Assembly: GCF_004353825.1 (NCBI RefSeq)
Contig: NZ_SMNA01000012.1
Coordinates: 62,001-126,000, forward strand
Direction of reading: 5' to 3'
Origin: Occultella glacieicola
Lineage (GTDB): Bacteria; Actinomycetota; Actinomycetes; Actinomycetales; Beutenbergiaceae
Length of the DNA: 64,000 nt
Shown here: positions 1-9,145 of the stretch, piece after piece
Layout of the letters: every line of letters starts with the position of its first letter
Numbering within the stretch: position 1 is the first letter of the stretch
Translations under genes and position numbers: made by a program
Notes under the pieces: generated by a model
What the model was told of the DNA's origin: nothing
Database searches by the model: none
Seen by the model: the letters and a program-made list of their open reading frames with translations, nothing else

Positions 1-732
1 CAGCGCTCCCCGCAGCAGCCCGCAGCCGTAGGCGGCCGCGTCGATGCGGGCCATGTTCAGCCCGTCCATCATCCCCGCGAACCCCTCCACGTCGAGACGG
101 TCGGCGGCGGGCACGGACACGTCGGTGAAGTGCAGCTCCCCGTTCGGCATCCCGCGGAACCCCGAGAGCTCCGGACCCGGGCGGCCGGACGCGCCGGGGC
201 TGGACATGTCGACCACGAGCGCGACCATCGGCGCGTCCCGGTCGGCGGAGCCGACCTTGGCGAGAACGATCGCGAAGTCCGCGACCGGGGCGAACCCCAC
301 CCAACACTTGCCGCCGTTGAGGACGTACCGGTCGCCGTCGGGCATCGCGACGGTCTGCAGACCCCGCACGTCGGTGCCGGCCTCGGGCTCGGTGATCGCG
401 AACGACCCGAACGTGCGCCCGGCGAGCGTCGGCTCCAGCCACCGTTCGACCAGGTGGGCGGGTGCGTACTTGCCGAGCAGGTAGGTGCTCAGCCGGGTCC
501 CGGCGACCAGGAGCGCGACCGCCGGGGAGTGCGCCGCGAGTGACATCGAGACCTCGCAGGCGGTCTCGATCCGGGTCGGGTCGGGCCGGCCCCCCGGTCC
601 GGCGAGGATCCGCTGCAGCCCGAGGGCGGCGGCCCGCTCGATCAGGTCGGGTGGGATGTTTGCGTCGCGGTCGATCGCCTGCGCTCGCGGGGCGACCTCG
701 GCGTCGATGAAGGTTTCCAGTCCAGGGATCAT
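1..732 (-). CDS. Acyl-CoA dehydrogenase (3' part runs off the window)
   Basis: Translated by hand from ATG at 732, which overlaps the MaoC stop: MIPGLETFIDAEVAPRAQAIDRD...GSFAITEPEAGTD...YVLNGGKCWVG...GFRGMPNGELHFTDV...LNMARIDAAA. These are acyl-CoA dehydrogenase motifs. Not listed in the ORF track because it is truncated. Confidence 0.9.
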   Translation of the reverse strand, partial: MIPGLETFIDAEVAPRAQAIDRDANIPPDLIERAAALGLQRILAGPGGRPDPTRIETACEVSMSLAAHSPAVALLVAGTRLSTYLLGKYAPAHLVERWLEPTLAGRTFGSFAITEPEAGTDVRGLQTVAMPDGDRYVLNGGKCWVGFAPVADFAIVLAKVGSADRDAPMVALVVDMSSPGASGRPGPELSGFRGMPNGELHFTDVSVPAADRLDVEGFAGMMDGLNMARIDAAAYGCGLLRGAL

Positions 733-1181
733 GAGGCACCGCCGGTCTCCGGGTAGCAGTACAGGATGTGGGTCCCGACCAGGACGAGCTCCTCGCCCCG
801 CCGGGTGGTCACGCGCATCTCGGCGAGGGCCTGATGCCGGCCCGGGTCCACGGACGCGACCGTGTACTCGACCCGGACCGTGTCCCCGAGGAAGACCGGG
901 CGGATGAACCGCACCCGGTCGTAGCCGTAGGAGACCGCGGTCACGCCGTGCTCGTCGCACAGCCGCGCGGCCGCCGTGGACGTGAGCGCGAGCACGAGGC
1001 TGCCGTGGGCGATCCGGCGCCCCTGCGGGCGCTCCTGCATGTACTCCTCGTCGATGTGCTGGGGCGCGAGGTCGCCGGTGATCCCGGCGAACAGGCCCAC
1101 GTCGGCCTCGGTGACGGTCTTGCGGAAGACGACCGAGGCGCCGACGGCGGGGAGCCCGTCGCGCAGTCCGGTGGCACTCAT
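729..1181 (-). CDS. MaoC-family (R)-specific enoyl-CoA hydratase/dehydratase (hot-dog fold)
   Basis: RKTVTEADVGLFAGITGDLAPQHIDEEY...RIAHG...VRFIRPVFLGD. Start ATG 1181 overlaps the upstream stop. Confidence 0.9.
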   Translation of the reverse strand: MSATGLRDGLPAVGASVVFRKTVTEADVGLFAGITGDLAPQHIDEEYMQERPQGRRIAHGSLVLALTSTAAARLCDEHGVTAVSYGYDRVRFIRPVFLGDTVRVEYTVASVDPGRHQALAEMRVTTRRGEELVLVGTHILYCYPETGGAS

Positions 1182-2389
1182 GCGCTCACTCGCTCGGGTC
1201 GTCCGGCGCCGACGGCGCCGCGGGCGAGGAGCGCGTCGTAGTCGTCGGCGAGGCCGAGTTCGGCGAGCACCTCGCCGGTGTGCTCGCCCAGCAGCGGCGC
1301 GGGACGACGGGCGGGCAGTTGGCCGCCGTCCAGGGTGATCGGGTTGCCGACCAGGTCCAGGCGGCCCGCCTCGGGGTGGTCCACCTGCAGGCGGCGGCTC
1401 GGCCAGGCGACCATCGGGTCCGCCGTCATCGCGGGGTAGTCGTTCACCGGTGCGCACCAGACCCCGGCCGCGTCGAGTGCGGCGAGGCAGTCCGCCGTGC
1501 GTAGCCGCGCCACGATCTCGCCGACCCGGGCGTTCAGCTCGTCGCGGCGCTGGGTCGCGGCGTCCTTGTCCGGGAACTCGGCGAGCAGGTCCGGCCGGCC
1601 CAGCCCCTCGGCCAGCGCCGCCATCGTGGTCAGGGAGATCGCGACGTGCCCGTCCAGGGTGGCGTGGACGCCGTACGGGGCCTCGATCGAGGCGCTGCCG
1701 GGCACGGTCGGGCGCTCCGGGACCTCACCGGAGTTGAGGGCGGTGACCACCTCCTGGGTGGTCTGGTGCAGCATGGCGCCGACCAGGTCGACCTCGATCA
1801 GCCGGCCCTGCCCGGTGGCGCCGCGCTCAACGAGGGCGGCGGCGGCGCCGAGGGCGAGCATGGTCGCGGCGTGCACATCGGCCACGAACGGCCCGGCCGG
1901 CGTCGGGTCGGAGGCCCGGGTGCCGGTCAGCCAGAGGGCCCCGGTCCGAGCCTGGGCGAGCAGGTCCTGGCCGGGCATCCGCTGGTCCGCGGCATGCGGG
2001 CCGTACCCGGACGCCGAGCAGTACACGAGCCGGGGGTTCAGCGCGTGCACCCGGTCCCAGCCGAGGCCGAGCCGGTCCATCACCCCGGGCCGGAAGTTCT
2101 GCACCAGCACGTCGGCCGTCTCGACCAGCCGCAGGGCCACCCGCAGTCCGTCGGGGTCCTTCAGGTTGACGGCGACCGACCGCTTGTTGCGGTTCATCGC
2201 GAGGAACTGCGAACTGTGCCCGTTCAGGAAGGTGGTGCCGGACTGGCGGCCGCGCTCACCGCCGTCGACCGCCTCGACCTTGATCACGTCGGCGCCGAGG
2301 TCGGCAAGCATCTCGGCAGCCCAGGGGCCCTGCATCATGTGGGCGAAGTCGAGGACCCGGATGCCCTCGAGGGGAAGCGTGTGCGTCAT
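1178..2389 (-). CDS. Family III CoA-transferase (CaiB/BaiF)
   Basis: PLEGIRVLDF...GPWAAEMLADLGADVIKVE...NRNKRSVAVNLK...QNFRPG...APLLGEHT. Confidence 0.95.
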   Translation of the reverse strand: MTHTLPLEGIRVLDFAHMMQGPWAAEMLADLGADVIKVEAVDGGERGRQSGTTFLNGHSSQFLAMNRNKRSVAVNLKDPDGLRVALRLVETADVLVQNFRPGVMDRLGLGWDRVHALNPRLVYCSASGYGPHAADQRMPGQDLLAQARTGALWLTGTRASDPTPAGPFVADVHAATMLALGAAAALVERGATGQGRLIEVDLVGAMLHQTTQEVVTALNSGEVPERPTVPGSASIEAPYGVHATLDGHVAISLTTMAALAEGLGRPDLLAEFPDKDAATQRRDELNARVGEIVARLRTADCLAALDAAGVWCAPVNDYPAMTADPMVAWPSRRLQVDHPEAGRLDLVGNPITLDGGQLPARRPAPLLGEHTGEVLAELGLADDYDALLARGAVGAGRPERVSA

Positions 2390-2400
2390 GGGTGGCGTCC

Positions 2401-3225
2401 TCAGGCGTCGATGAAGGTCGGCAGGCGCTTGGCGAGGAAGGCGCTGGTGCCCTCCTGCAGGTCGCGGGTGGGCAGGGTCTCGTCGATGAGCGCCTCGAGG
2501 GCGCGGCGCACCTTCGGCAGCCCGGCCGTGACGAGTTCCTCGTTGAGGAACCGCTTCGTCAGCCGTTGTGCGTGCGGGGAGGCGGTGCGGATCCGGGCGA
2601 TGGTCTCCTCGAGCTCGAACTCGAGGTCCTGGTCGGGCACCACCCGGTTGACGAGGCCGAAGCGCGGGGCGTCGACGGCGCTCACCCAGTCCATCTCGAA
2701 CGCCATCTCAGCGGCGAGCTTGCGCCCGCTCTCGTGGGCGGCGACCCCGACCTGGACGGTCGGCCAGGCGCCGATGCGGCCCTCGGGCAGGGCGAACCGG
2801 GCGGACTCGGCGGCGATGGCCAGGTCGGAGACCAGGACCAGCTCGCAGCCGCCGCCCACGGCCAGTCCGTTGACGGCGGCGATCACCGGGTACGGGTGGG
2901 TCGCGATCGCGGTCATGGTGCCGAGCAGCCCGCCGATGAAGAAGTCATGGGCGCGCTGGCGGGTGGTGTGCTCGGCGAAGGTCGCGATGTCATCGCCCGC
3001 GCAGAAGGCCCGGCCGGTGCCCGTCAGGACCACGGGCCCGGGTGCCTCCTCCGCGGCCCGCGTCAGCGCCGCGGTGATCCCGTGCCAGCCGTCCAGGTCC
3101 AGCGCGTTGAGCTTGCCGGGGCGGTCGATCGTGATCCGGGCGGTGTCGCCGCGGACCTCGTACCTGACGTACATCTGTCGTTGCTCCTCATCGTGGTCGA
3201 GCTCGGTCGTGTCGGTGGTGCTCAC
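2401..3225 (-). CDS. Enoyl-CoA hydratase/isomerase (crotonase family)
   Basis: ITIDRPGKLNAL, AFCAGDD, AVNGLAVGGGCE, FALPE. GTG start 3225 overlaps the permease stop. Confidence 0.92.
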   Translation of the reverse strand: MSTTDTTELDHDEEQRQMYVRYEVRGDTARITIDRPGKLNALDLDGWHGITAALTRAAEEAPGPVVLTGTGRAFCAGDDIATFAEHTTRQRAHDFFIGGLLGTMTAIATHPYPVIAAVNGLAVGGGCELVLVSDLAIAAESARFALPEGRIGAWPTVQVGVAAHESGRKLAAEMAFEMDWVSAVDAPRFGLVNRVVPDQDLEFELEETIARIRTASPHAQRLTKRFLNEELVTAGLPKVRRALEALIDETLPTRDLQEGTSAFLAKRLPTFIDA

Positions 3226-4058
3226 TTGATCGCCCCCGCGCCCCAGCCGGCGATCAGGTACTTCTGCAGATACAGGAACGCGAGCAGAACCGGCAGGCTG
3301 ACCAGGGCCGCGGCGGCCATCAGCAGCGGCCAGTCCTGCAGGCTCGCGTTCTGCAGGTCGTGCAGCGCGACCGGCAGGGTCTTCATGTTCGTGTCCGTGA
3401 TCAAAACCCGGGCGAACAGGTAGTCCTCCCAGGCGAGCAGGAAGGTGAACACGGAGACGGCGATGATCCCGGGGGTCGCCTGGGGCAGGATCACGTACCA
3501 GGCGCTCTTGACCCGGTTCGCGCCGTCGAGGAACGCGGCCTCCTCGAGCTCCTTGGGGATCGCGTTGAAGAACGGACGCAGCAACCACATGCTGAACGGG
3601 ACCCCGAACGAGGCGTACGCCAGGATCATGCCCGCGTAGGTGTTGATCAGGCCCATGTCACGGAACAGCCCGTACAGGGGCACGACCACCACGATCGGGG
3701 CGAACGTGTACGCGTACAGGATCGCGGTGGTGAAGGCGCGGCTGCCGGGGAACCGGAACCGGGTGAGCCCGTAGGCGGCCATCGCCGAGACCGCGATCGA
3801 CAGCAGTGTGGCGCCGGTGGAGATGATCAGGCTGTTCTTGGCGAAGGTCAGGAATCCGGTGCTCTCCAGGAGTCTGCCGTAGGCGCCGAAGTCCGGTGCC
3901 GTGGTGAAGAACCGCGGCGGGTTGGAGAAGAGCTCGGTGCCCGGCTTCACGGACGTGAGCACCATCCAGTAGAACGGGAACAGGTTCACGGCCAGGACGA
4001 TCAGGATCCCGATGCCCAGGATCCAGCGGGGCTGCGCGAGGCGCTTGAGGGTGGTCAT
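3222..4058 (-). CDS. Carbohydrate ABC transporter permease (MalG-like)
   Basis: EAA loop IPKELEEAAFLDGA and multiple TM segments; ATG 4058. Confidence 0.95.
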   Translation of the reverse strand: MTTLKRLAQPRWILGIGILIVLAVNLFPFYWMVLTSVKPGTELFSNPPRFFTTAPDFGAYGRLLESTGFLTFAKNSLIISTGATLLSIAVSAMAAYGLTRFRFPGSRAFTTAILYAYTFAPIVVVVPLYGLFRDMGLINTYAGMILAYASFGVPFSMWLLRPFFNAIPKELEEAAFLDGANRVKSAWYVILPQATPGIIAVSVFTFLLAWEDYLFARVLITDTNMKTLPVALHDLQNASLQDWPLLMAAAALVSLPVLLAFLYLQKYLIAGWGAGAIK

Positions 4059-4996
4059 TCGGTCTCCTCCGAACGTCGGTGCATGGTCCGCAGGTAGACC
4101 GTGGTGAAGATGACCAGGAGCCCGAACATCACCATCGCGAGGGTCGCTCCGGCACCGAGGCGGGACTCCCCGAAGATGGTCTGGAAGGTCAGCAGGGGCA
4201 GGGTCCGGACCTCCTGCCCAGTGCCCGCGAACAGGTAGACGATGTCGAACTTGGTGAACATGAACATGAACCGCAGCAGCACCAGGGTGAGCAGCACCGG
4301 GCTGAGCTCGGGCAGGATGATCGCCCAGAACCGGCGCCAGGGCCCGGCGCCGTCGACGGTCGCCGCCTCGATGATCGACAGGTCGATCGTCTGCAGCCGC
4401 GCGAGCACGCTGATCACCACGAACGGGGTGTACATCCACACCGAGACCACCACGAGCGAGACGAAGATCCAGGTGGGACTGAGCAGGTTGACCTGGTCGG
4501 CGCCGGGGATCACGTTGCGCACGATCCAGGAGTAGGCGCCGTTGTTCGGTTCGAGCAGCCACCGCCAGACCAGCGCGACGATGATCGCCGGGATCATGTA
4601 GGGCGCGATCGCGATCAGCCGGACCAGGCCGCGGGCCCGGAACTTCTGGTGCATCAGCAGGGCCACGACCACGCCGAGGGCGAGCTGGATGGCCACGGTG
4701 AGGGTCGCGTAGACGACGGTGGTGCGCAGGCTCTGCCAGAACTGCGGTGAGGCGGCCAGGTCGGCGAAGTTGCCGAGGCCGACGTCATTGATGCGGGGCA
4801 GGTAGGCGTGCGCGTCGGTCAGGCTGAGGCGCGCCAGGTAGGCGATCGGCACGGCGATCACGCCGATCACCAGGACTGCGGAGGGCAGGACCAGGAGCAC
4901 GCCCCAGAACCACTGGGGCATCCGCGGCTTGCGGGCGGGCTTCACGGGCGGTGGCGAGGTGCCGGCCTCGGCACGCACAGGGGTGTCGGTGAGCAT
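4055..4996 (-). CDS. Carbohydrate ABC transporter permease (MalF-like)
   Basis: EAA loop IIEAATVDGAGPWRRF, VGLGNF; start taken as ATG 4996 (MLTDTP). Confidence 0.93.
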   Translation of the reverse strand: MLTDTPVRAEAGTSPPPVKPARKPRMPQWFWGVLLVLPSAVLVIGVIAVPIAYLARLSLTDAHAYLPRINDVGLGNFADLAASPQFWQSLRTTVVYATLTVAIQLALGVVVALLMHQKFRARGLVRLIAIAPYMIPAIIVALVWRWLLEPNNGAYSWIVRNVIPGADQVNLLSPTWIFVSLVVVSVWMYTPFVVISVLARLQTIDLSIIEAATVDGAGPWRRFWAIILPELSPVLLTLVLLRFMFMFTKFDIVYLFAGTGQEVRTLPLLTFQTIFGESRLGAGATLAMVMFGLLVIFTTVYLRTMHRRSEETE

Positions 4997-5023
4997 GGGA
5001 TTCCTCGGGGAGGTCGCGTCGAT

Positions 5024-5061
5024 CCGGTGTGGTCCCGACCTGCTGGCCGGGACCACACCGG
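5024..5061 (-). terminator. Intercistronic GC-rich stem-loop downstream of the SBP gene
   Basis: Perfect 14-bp inverted repeat CCGGTGTGGTCCCG (5024-5037) / CGGGACCACACCGG (5048-5061). Confidence 0.7.
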
Positions 5062-5067
5062 CTGGAC

Positions 5068-6438
5068 TCAGTCCTGGTACTGCGGGGACAGCAGCTCGTC
5101 GGCCCGCTGCTGGGCGGTGGCGGCGGCCTCGGCGGGATCCCCGCCGCTCTCGACCACCTCCATGACCATGTCGACGAGGATCCCGGAGCCGTAGAGGTCG
5201 CTGAGATAGGGCAGCTGCATCTCCTCCGGGCTGGTCACCATCAGCGGGTAGGCACGGCCGGAGTCGAGGGCCTCACGCTGCACGTCGATCCAGAAGTCCC
5301 AGTTCTGCACCTCGGGCAGCGCCTGCCACTCGGGGTCCTCGAACATCGAGGGCATCACCGGCAGCAGCTGGGTGGGCACGGTGCCGATCCAGCTGAGGTA
5401 GTTGTCGTGCTCGTAGAAGAACTTCAGGAAGTCGACCGTCGCGTCGGCGTCCGGGGAGTCCTTGAACACCACGAACGGCTCCGCGTCGAGCTGGGTGATC
5501 CAGTCGTCACCCGAGGGCCCGATCGGGCGGGGTCCGTAGACCTGGATGTCCTCACCCGGCACGAGGTCGGGAGCCTGCTCCTGGAACGTGTAGACGGCCC
5601 GACCGAACGAGTAGATCGTCGCGGCGTCGCCGTTGGCCAGCCCGCTGAGGCTGTCCGCGTACGCCGCCGAGGACCACTGCGGGGAGAGCAGGCCGGAGTC
5701 CTTGAGCTCCTTCCAGTACTCGAGCACCTCGATCATCTGCGGGGTGTCGATGGTGACGTGACCGTCCTCGTCGAAGAGCGTGCCGCCGTTCGAACCGAGC
5801 CAGAGGTAGACCTCCTCGTTCACGTTGTGCGCGGCGGACCCGGCGAGCAGCAGCGGGGAGACGCCGGGGTTGGCCTCGGCCACGGCGGTCCACTGCTCGA
5901 TGGATTCCTCCCACGTGGTCACGTCCGCGGGCGTGCCGGCGTCCGGCGCGTTCGCGTAGAGGTCGGCCCGGTAGGTGGTGGTGTCCGTGCCCCAGGCGTG
6001 CACGATGCCGTAGCTGTGCCCGTCCTCGAGCTCGAACATCTCCTGCAGCTGGGGCAGGTAGTCGCCGTCGAGGGACTCGACCACCTCGTCCAGCGGGAGC
6101 AGCAGGTCCTGGCCGTAGAGCGTGCGCACGAACATGGGCTCGACGTGCGTGATCTCGGGCAGGTCGCCGGCGGCCAGCGCGGCCTGGAACTTGACCTGCA
6201 GGTCACCCCAGCCGACCGTCTCCTGGATGATCTCGACGCCGGGGTTGGCGGCCTCGTACTCGTCGATGATCGCCTGCATCGCCTCCACCGTGATCGGTGT
6301 CGACTCGGTGTGCCAGAGGTTGATCGTGGCGGTGCCGTCGCCGCCGTCGTCACCGCCGGACGAGCCACCGGAGCACGCGGTCAGTGCGGCGACGCTGGCG
6401 ATCGCCAGCGTCGTCACCAAGCGGGCTTTGCTTCGCAT
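5068..6438 (-). CDS. Sugar ABC transporter solute-binding lipoprotein
   Basis: Lipobox LTAC in MRSKARLVTTLAIASVAALTACSGG; family-1 SBP features; AAGGAGG RBS upstream. Confidence 0.93.
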   Translation of the reverse strand: MRSKARLVTTLAIASVAALTACSGGSSGGDDGGDGTATINLWHTESTPITVEAMQAIIDEYEAANPGVEIIQETVGWGDLQVKFQAALAAGDLPEITHVEPMFVRTLYGQDLLLPLDEVVESLDGDYLPQLQEMFELEDGHSYGIVHAWGTDTTTYRADLYANAPDAGTPADVTTWEESIEQWTAVAEANPGVSPLLLAGSAAHNVNEEVYLWLGSNGGTLFDEDGHVTIDTPQMIEVLEYWKELKDSGLLSPQWSSAAYADSLSGLANGDAATIYSFGRAVYTFQEQAPDLVPGEDIQVYGPRPIGPSGDDWITQLDAEPFVVFKDSPDADATVDFLKFFYEHDNYLSWIGTVPTQLLPVMPSMFEDPEWQALPEVQNWDFWIDVQREALDSGRAYPLMVTSPEEMQLPYLSDLYGSGILVDMVMEVVESGGDPAEAAATAQQRADELLSPQYQD

Positions 6439-6551
6439 ACGGCCTCCTTGCCGGGTTGGTTTCCGGGAGCGTCGCCGTGCGACTCGAGGTCGGCGGTGAC
6501 ATCTCCCGGGCCCTCCATCTCGGAGTTGGGAGGGCTTCGCGGCACACTCTG

Positions 6552-6675
6552 TAACACCGGTTTCCATCTGTCAAGTGGTCACATCAATCGAGTTTCCGGT
6601 GAGTTGGCACTGCCGCAGGCGCCGGCGCTCGCCGGAAGAGCGTCGGCTTGACAGACCCGATGGAAACCGGTGTTA
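6552..6675. promoter_or_regulatory. Divergent promoters, each with a TTGACA -35 box and the same 17-bp LacI-type operator
   Basis: TAACACCGGTTTCCATC (6552-6568) is the exact reverse complement of GATGGAAACCGGTGTTA (6659-6675). TTGACA lies on the minus strand at 6569-6574 and on the plus strand at 6648-6653. Confidence 0.8.
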
Positions 6676-6705
6676 TATGTCGAGCCCAGATTCGGAAGGA
6701 CCCCC

Positions 6706-8256
6706 ATGCGAGCAGAGCTGCTCTCCGTCGACGCCGCCGCGGCATTGCTGGCCGACGGCGCCACGGTCGCCCTGGCGGCCAACGGTGGCGGGATGCTCGA
6801 GCCGACCGAGCTCATCGGCGCGATCGAGCGCCGCTTCCTGGACACCGCCTCCCCCCGGGACCTACACGTGGTGCACGCCCTCGGCGCCGGCGACCGCGCC
6901 ACCCGCGGCCTGAACGGCTTCGCCCACGAGGGCATGGTCCGGCGGGTCACCGGCGGGCACTGGACCTGGTCCCCCGCGATGATGCGCCTGGCCGCCGAGG
7001 AGAAGATCGAGGCGTACACGATGCCCGCCGGCGTGATCACGCACCTGCTGCGCGAGTCCGGGGCGCGCCGCCCCGGACTGATCACCCGCACCGGCCTGCA
7101 CACGTTCGCCGACCCACGCCTGAAGGGGTGCCGCGCCAATGCCAGCGCACGGGACGCCGTCGTCGACGTGCTCGAGCTGGACGGCGCCGAATACCTGCGC
7201 TACCGCCCGTTGCACGTCGACGTCGCCCTGATCCGCGGCACCGAGGTGGACGAGCGCGGGAACATCGGCGCCGACGCCGAGCCCGCGACCCTCGACGCCC
7301 TGGAGTGCGCGCAGGCCGCCCGGGGCTCCGGCGGCATCGTGATCGTCCAGGTCAAACGCCGCACCGCGGCGCCGCTGGACCCGCGCCGGGTGTTCATCCC
7401 GGCCGCGCTCGTCGACCACGTCGTGGTCGTGCCCGAGCAGCGCCAGACCTACCTCACCGAGGAGGACCACACCCTCTTCGACCCCGCACCGGCGCTTCCC
7501 GAGGGCGTCCCGGCCCGCTTCCTCGACCCGATCCGGGCCGTCGTGGCCCGCCGGGCCGCGCTGGAGGTGCGCGCCGGTGACGTGCTCAACCTCGGCTTCG
7601 GCATGAGCGCCGACGTCGCCGCCGCCCTGCGCGAGGAGGGTCGCCTGCACGAGGTGACCCTCGCCGTCGAGCAGGGTCTCTACGACGGCACCCCGGAACT
7701 GGGCGACCTGTTCGGGATGTCCGTGGGGCCGTCCGCCCGGGTGAGTTCCGCCGTCCAGTTCGACACGTTCGCGACCGGGATCATCGACACCACCTGCCTC
7801 GGCATGGCTCAGGCGGACGCCCACGGCAACGTCAACGTGTCCGCGTTCGGCGGCAAGGTGATGGGCCCGGGCGGCTTCGTCGACATCAGCCAGTACGCCC
7901 GCACGTCGGTCTTCTGCGGCGCCTTCAGCGCCAAGGGCCTGCAGATCGAACTGGACGACGGCGCAGTCCGCCTCGTGCGCGAGGGTGCGGTCCCCAAGTT
8001 CGTCGCCGACGTCGACGACGTCACCTTCTCCGGGCACCTCGCCGCCCGCGAGGGCCGGCGCGCCCTGTACGTCACCGAACGCTGCGTGTTCGAGCTGACC
8101 CCCGAGGGACTCGCGCTGACCGAGGTGGCGCCCGGGATCGACCTCGAGCGCGACATCCTCGCGCGCCTGCCCTGGCGGCCGATCATCCGGGACCTGCGCC
8201 CGATGCCCGCCGCCGTCTTCGCCCCCATCGACCCCGTGCTGCAGGAGCAACCGTGA
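6706..8256 (+). CDS. Family I acyl-CoA:acetate/propionate CoA-transferase (fused alpha/beta, YdiF/Pct-like)
   Basis: GLITRTGLHTFADPR, VDERGN, VLNLGFGM, catalytic AVEQG, GPGGFVDISQ, YVTERCVF; GAAGGA RBS before ATG 6706. Confidence 0.92.
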   Translation: MRAELLSVDAAAALLADGATVALAANGGGMLEPTELIGAIERRFLDTASPRDLHVVHALGAGDRATRGLNGFAHEGMVRRVTGGHWTWSPAMMRLAAEEKIEAYTMPAGVITHLLRESGARRPGLITRTGLHTFADPRLKGCRANASARDAVVDVLELDGAEYLRYRPLHVDVALIRGTEVDERGNIGADAEPATLDALECAQAARGSGGIVIVQVKRRTAAPLDPRRVFIPAALVDHVVVVPEQRQTYLTEEDHTLFDPAPALPEGVPARFLDPIRAVVARRAALEVRAGDVLNLGFGMSADVAAALREEGRLHEVTLAVEQGLYDGTPELGDLFGMSVGPSARVSSAVQFDTFATGIIDTTCLGMAQADAHGNVNVSAFGGKVMGPGGFVDISQYARTSVFCGAFSAKGLQIELDDGAVRLVREGAVPKFVADVDDVTFSGHLAAREGRRALYVTERCVFELTPEGLALTEVAPGIDLERDILARLPWRPIIRDLRPMPAAVFAPIDPVLQEQP

Positions 8257-9056
8257 TCCTCACCCAGAACCCCGACCACGTCGTCCTCACCCTGGACCGC
8301 CCCGCGCTCCGCAACGCGATGGACCTGGACGCGTGGACCGCCCTGCGCGAGGCCATCGAGGCCGCACCCGCGAACCCTTCCAACCGGGCCGTGGTGATCC
8401 GCGGCGACGCGCGCTCGTTCAGCGCCGGCAACGACATCGACGCCATGCGCGAACTGGACGGCCCGGACGCCGCGGTCGCCTACTTCGTCGACGGGATGCT
8501 GCCCACGTTCGCCGCGATGGCCGCCGCTCCCCTGCCCGTGATCGCCGTGGTCGAGGGCGCCGCGCTCGGCGGCGGACTCGAGATCGTCCTGGTCAGCGAC
8601 CTCGTGATCGCCGGCCCCGGCGCCACCTTCGGCCTGCCCGAGACCCGGATCGGCGCGTGGCCCACGGTCTTCCTCGGGGCCGCCCCGTCCTCGGCGACCC
8701 GCCGGTTGACCGCACGCCTGGCCCTGACCGGCGAGGTGATCGGCCCGGCAGAGGCGCTGCAGCACGGCCTGGTCAGCCACGCCGTCGACCGTGCCGACAC
8801 TGTCGACGCCGCACTGGCCCGGGTGCTGGCCGGCATCGGCGCCACAGGACCGGACGCCACCGCACGCACCAAGCGCTGGCTCAACCGGGAACTGCTCGGC
8901 ACCGGGATGGCCGACGCGGCCGCGGCGCTGAGCGAGCTGTCCCGCGAGACCTTGCAGGGCAGCGAGTTCGGGGAGCGGATGGCGGCGTTCCTGGCGGCGC
9001 GGGCCGAGCGGGCGGCTCGGCGGGCGGCCGTGGGGGTCGACGCGGCCGCGCGGTGA
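8253..9056 (+). CDS. Enoyl-CoA hydratase/isomerase (crotonase family)
   Basis: LTLDRPALRNAM, FSAGND, ALGGGLE, FGLPE. Confidence 0.92.
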   Translation: MILTQNPDHVVLTLDRPALRNAMDLDAWTALREAIEAAPANPSNRAVVIRGDARSFSAGNDIDAMRELDGPDAAVAYFVDGMLPTFAAMAAAPLPVIAVVEGAALGGGLEIVLVSDLVIAGPGATFGLPETRIGAWPTVFLGAAPSSATRRLTARLALTGEVIGPAEALQHGLVSHAVDRADTVDAALARVLAGIGATGPDATARTKRWLNRELLGTGMADAAAALSELSRETLQGSEFGERMAAFLAARAERAARRAAVGVDAAAR

Positions 9057-9145
9057 ACGCGCCCGCCATCGCGATCGGTACCGGGGCGGTCCGCGCCGGC
9101 GCTACGGTGCGCACGTCGAGACACACCGATCGAGGGAGTTGAGTC

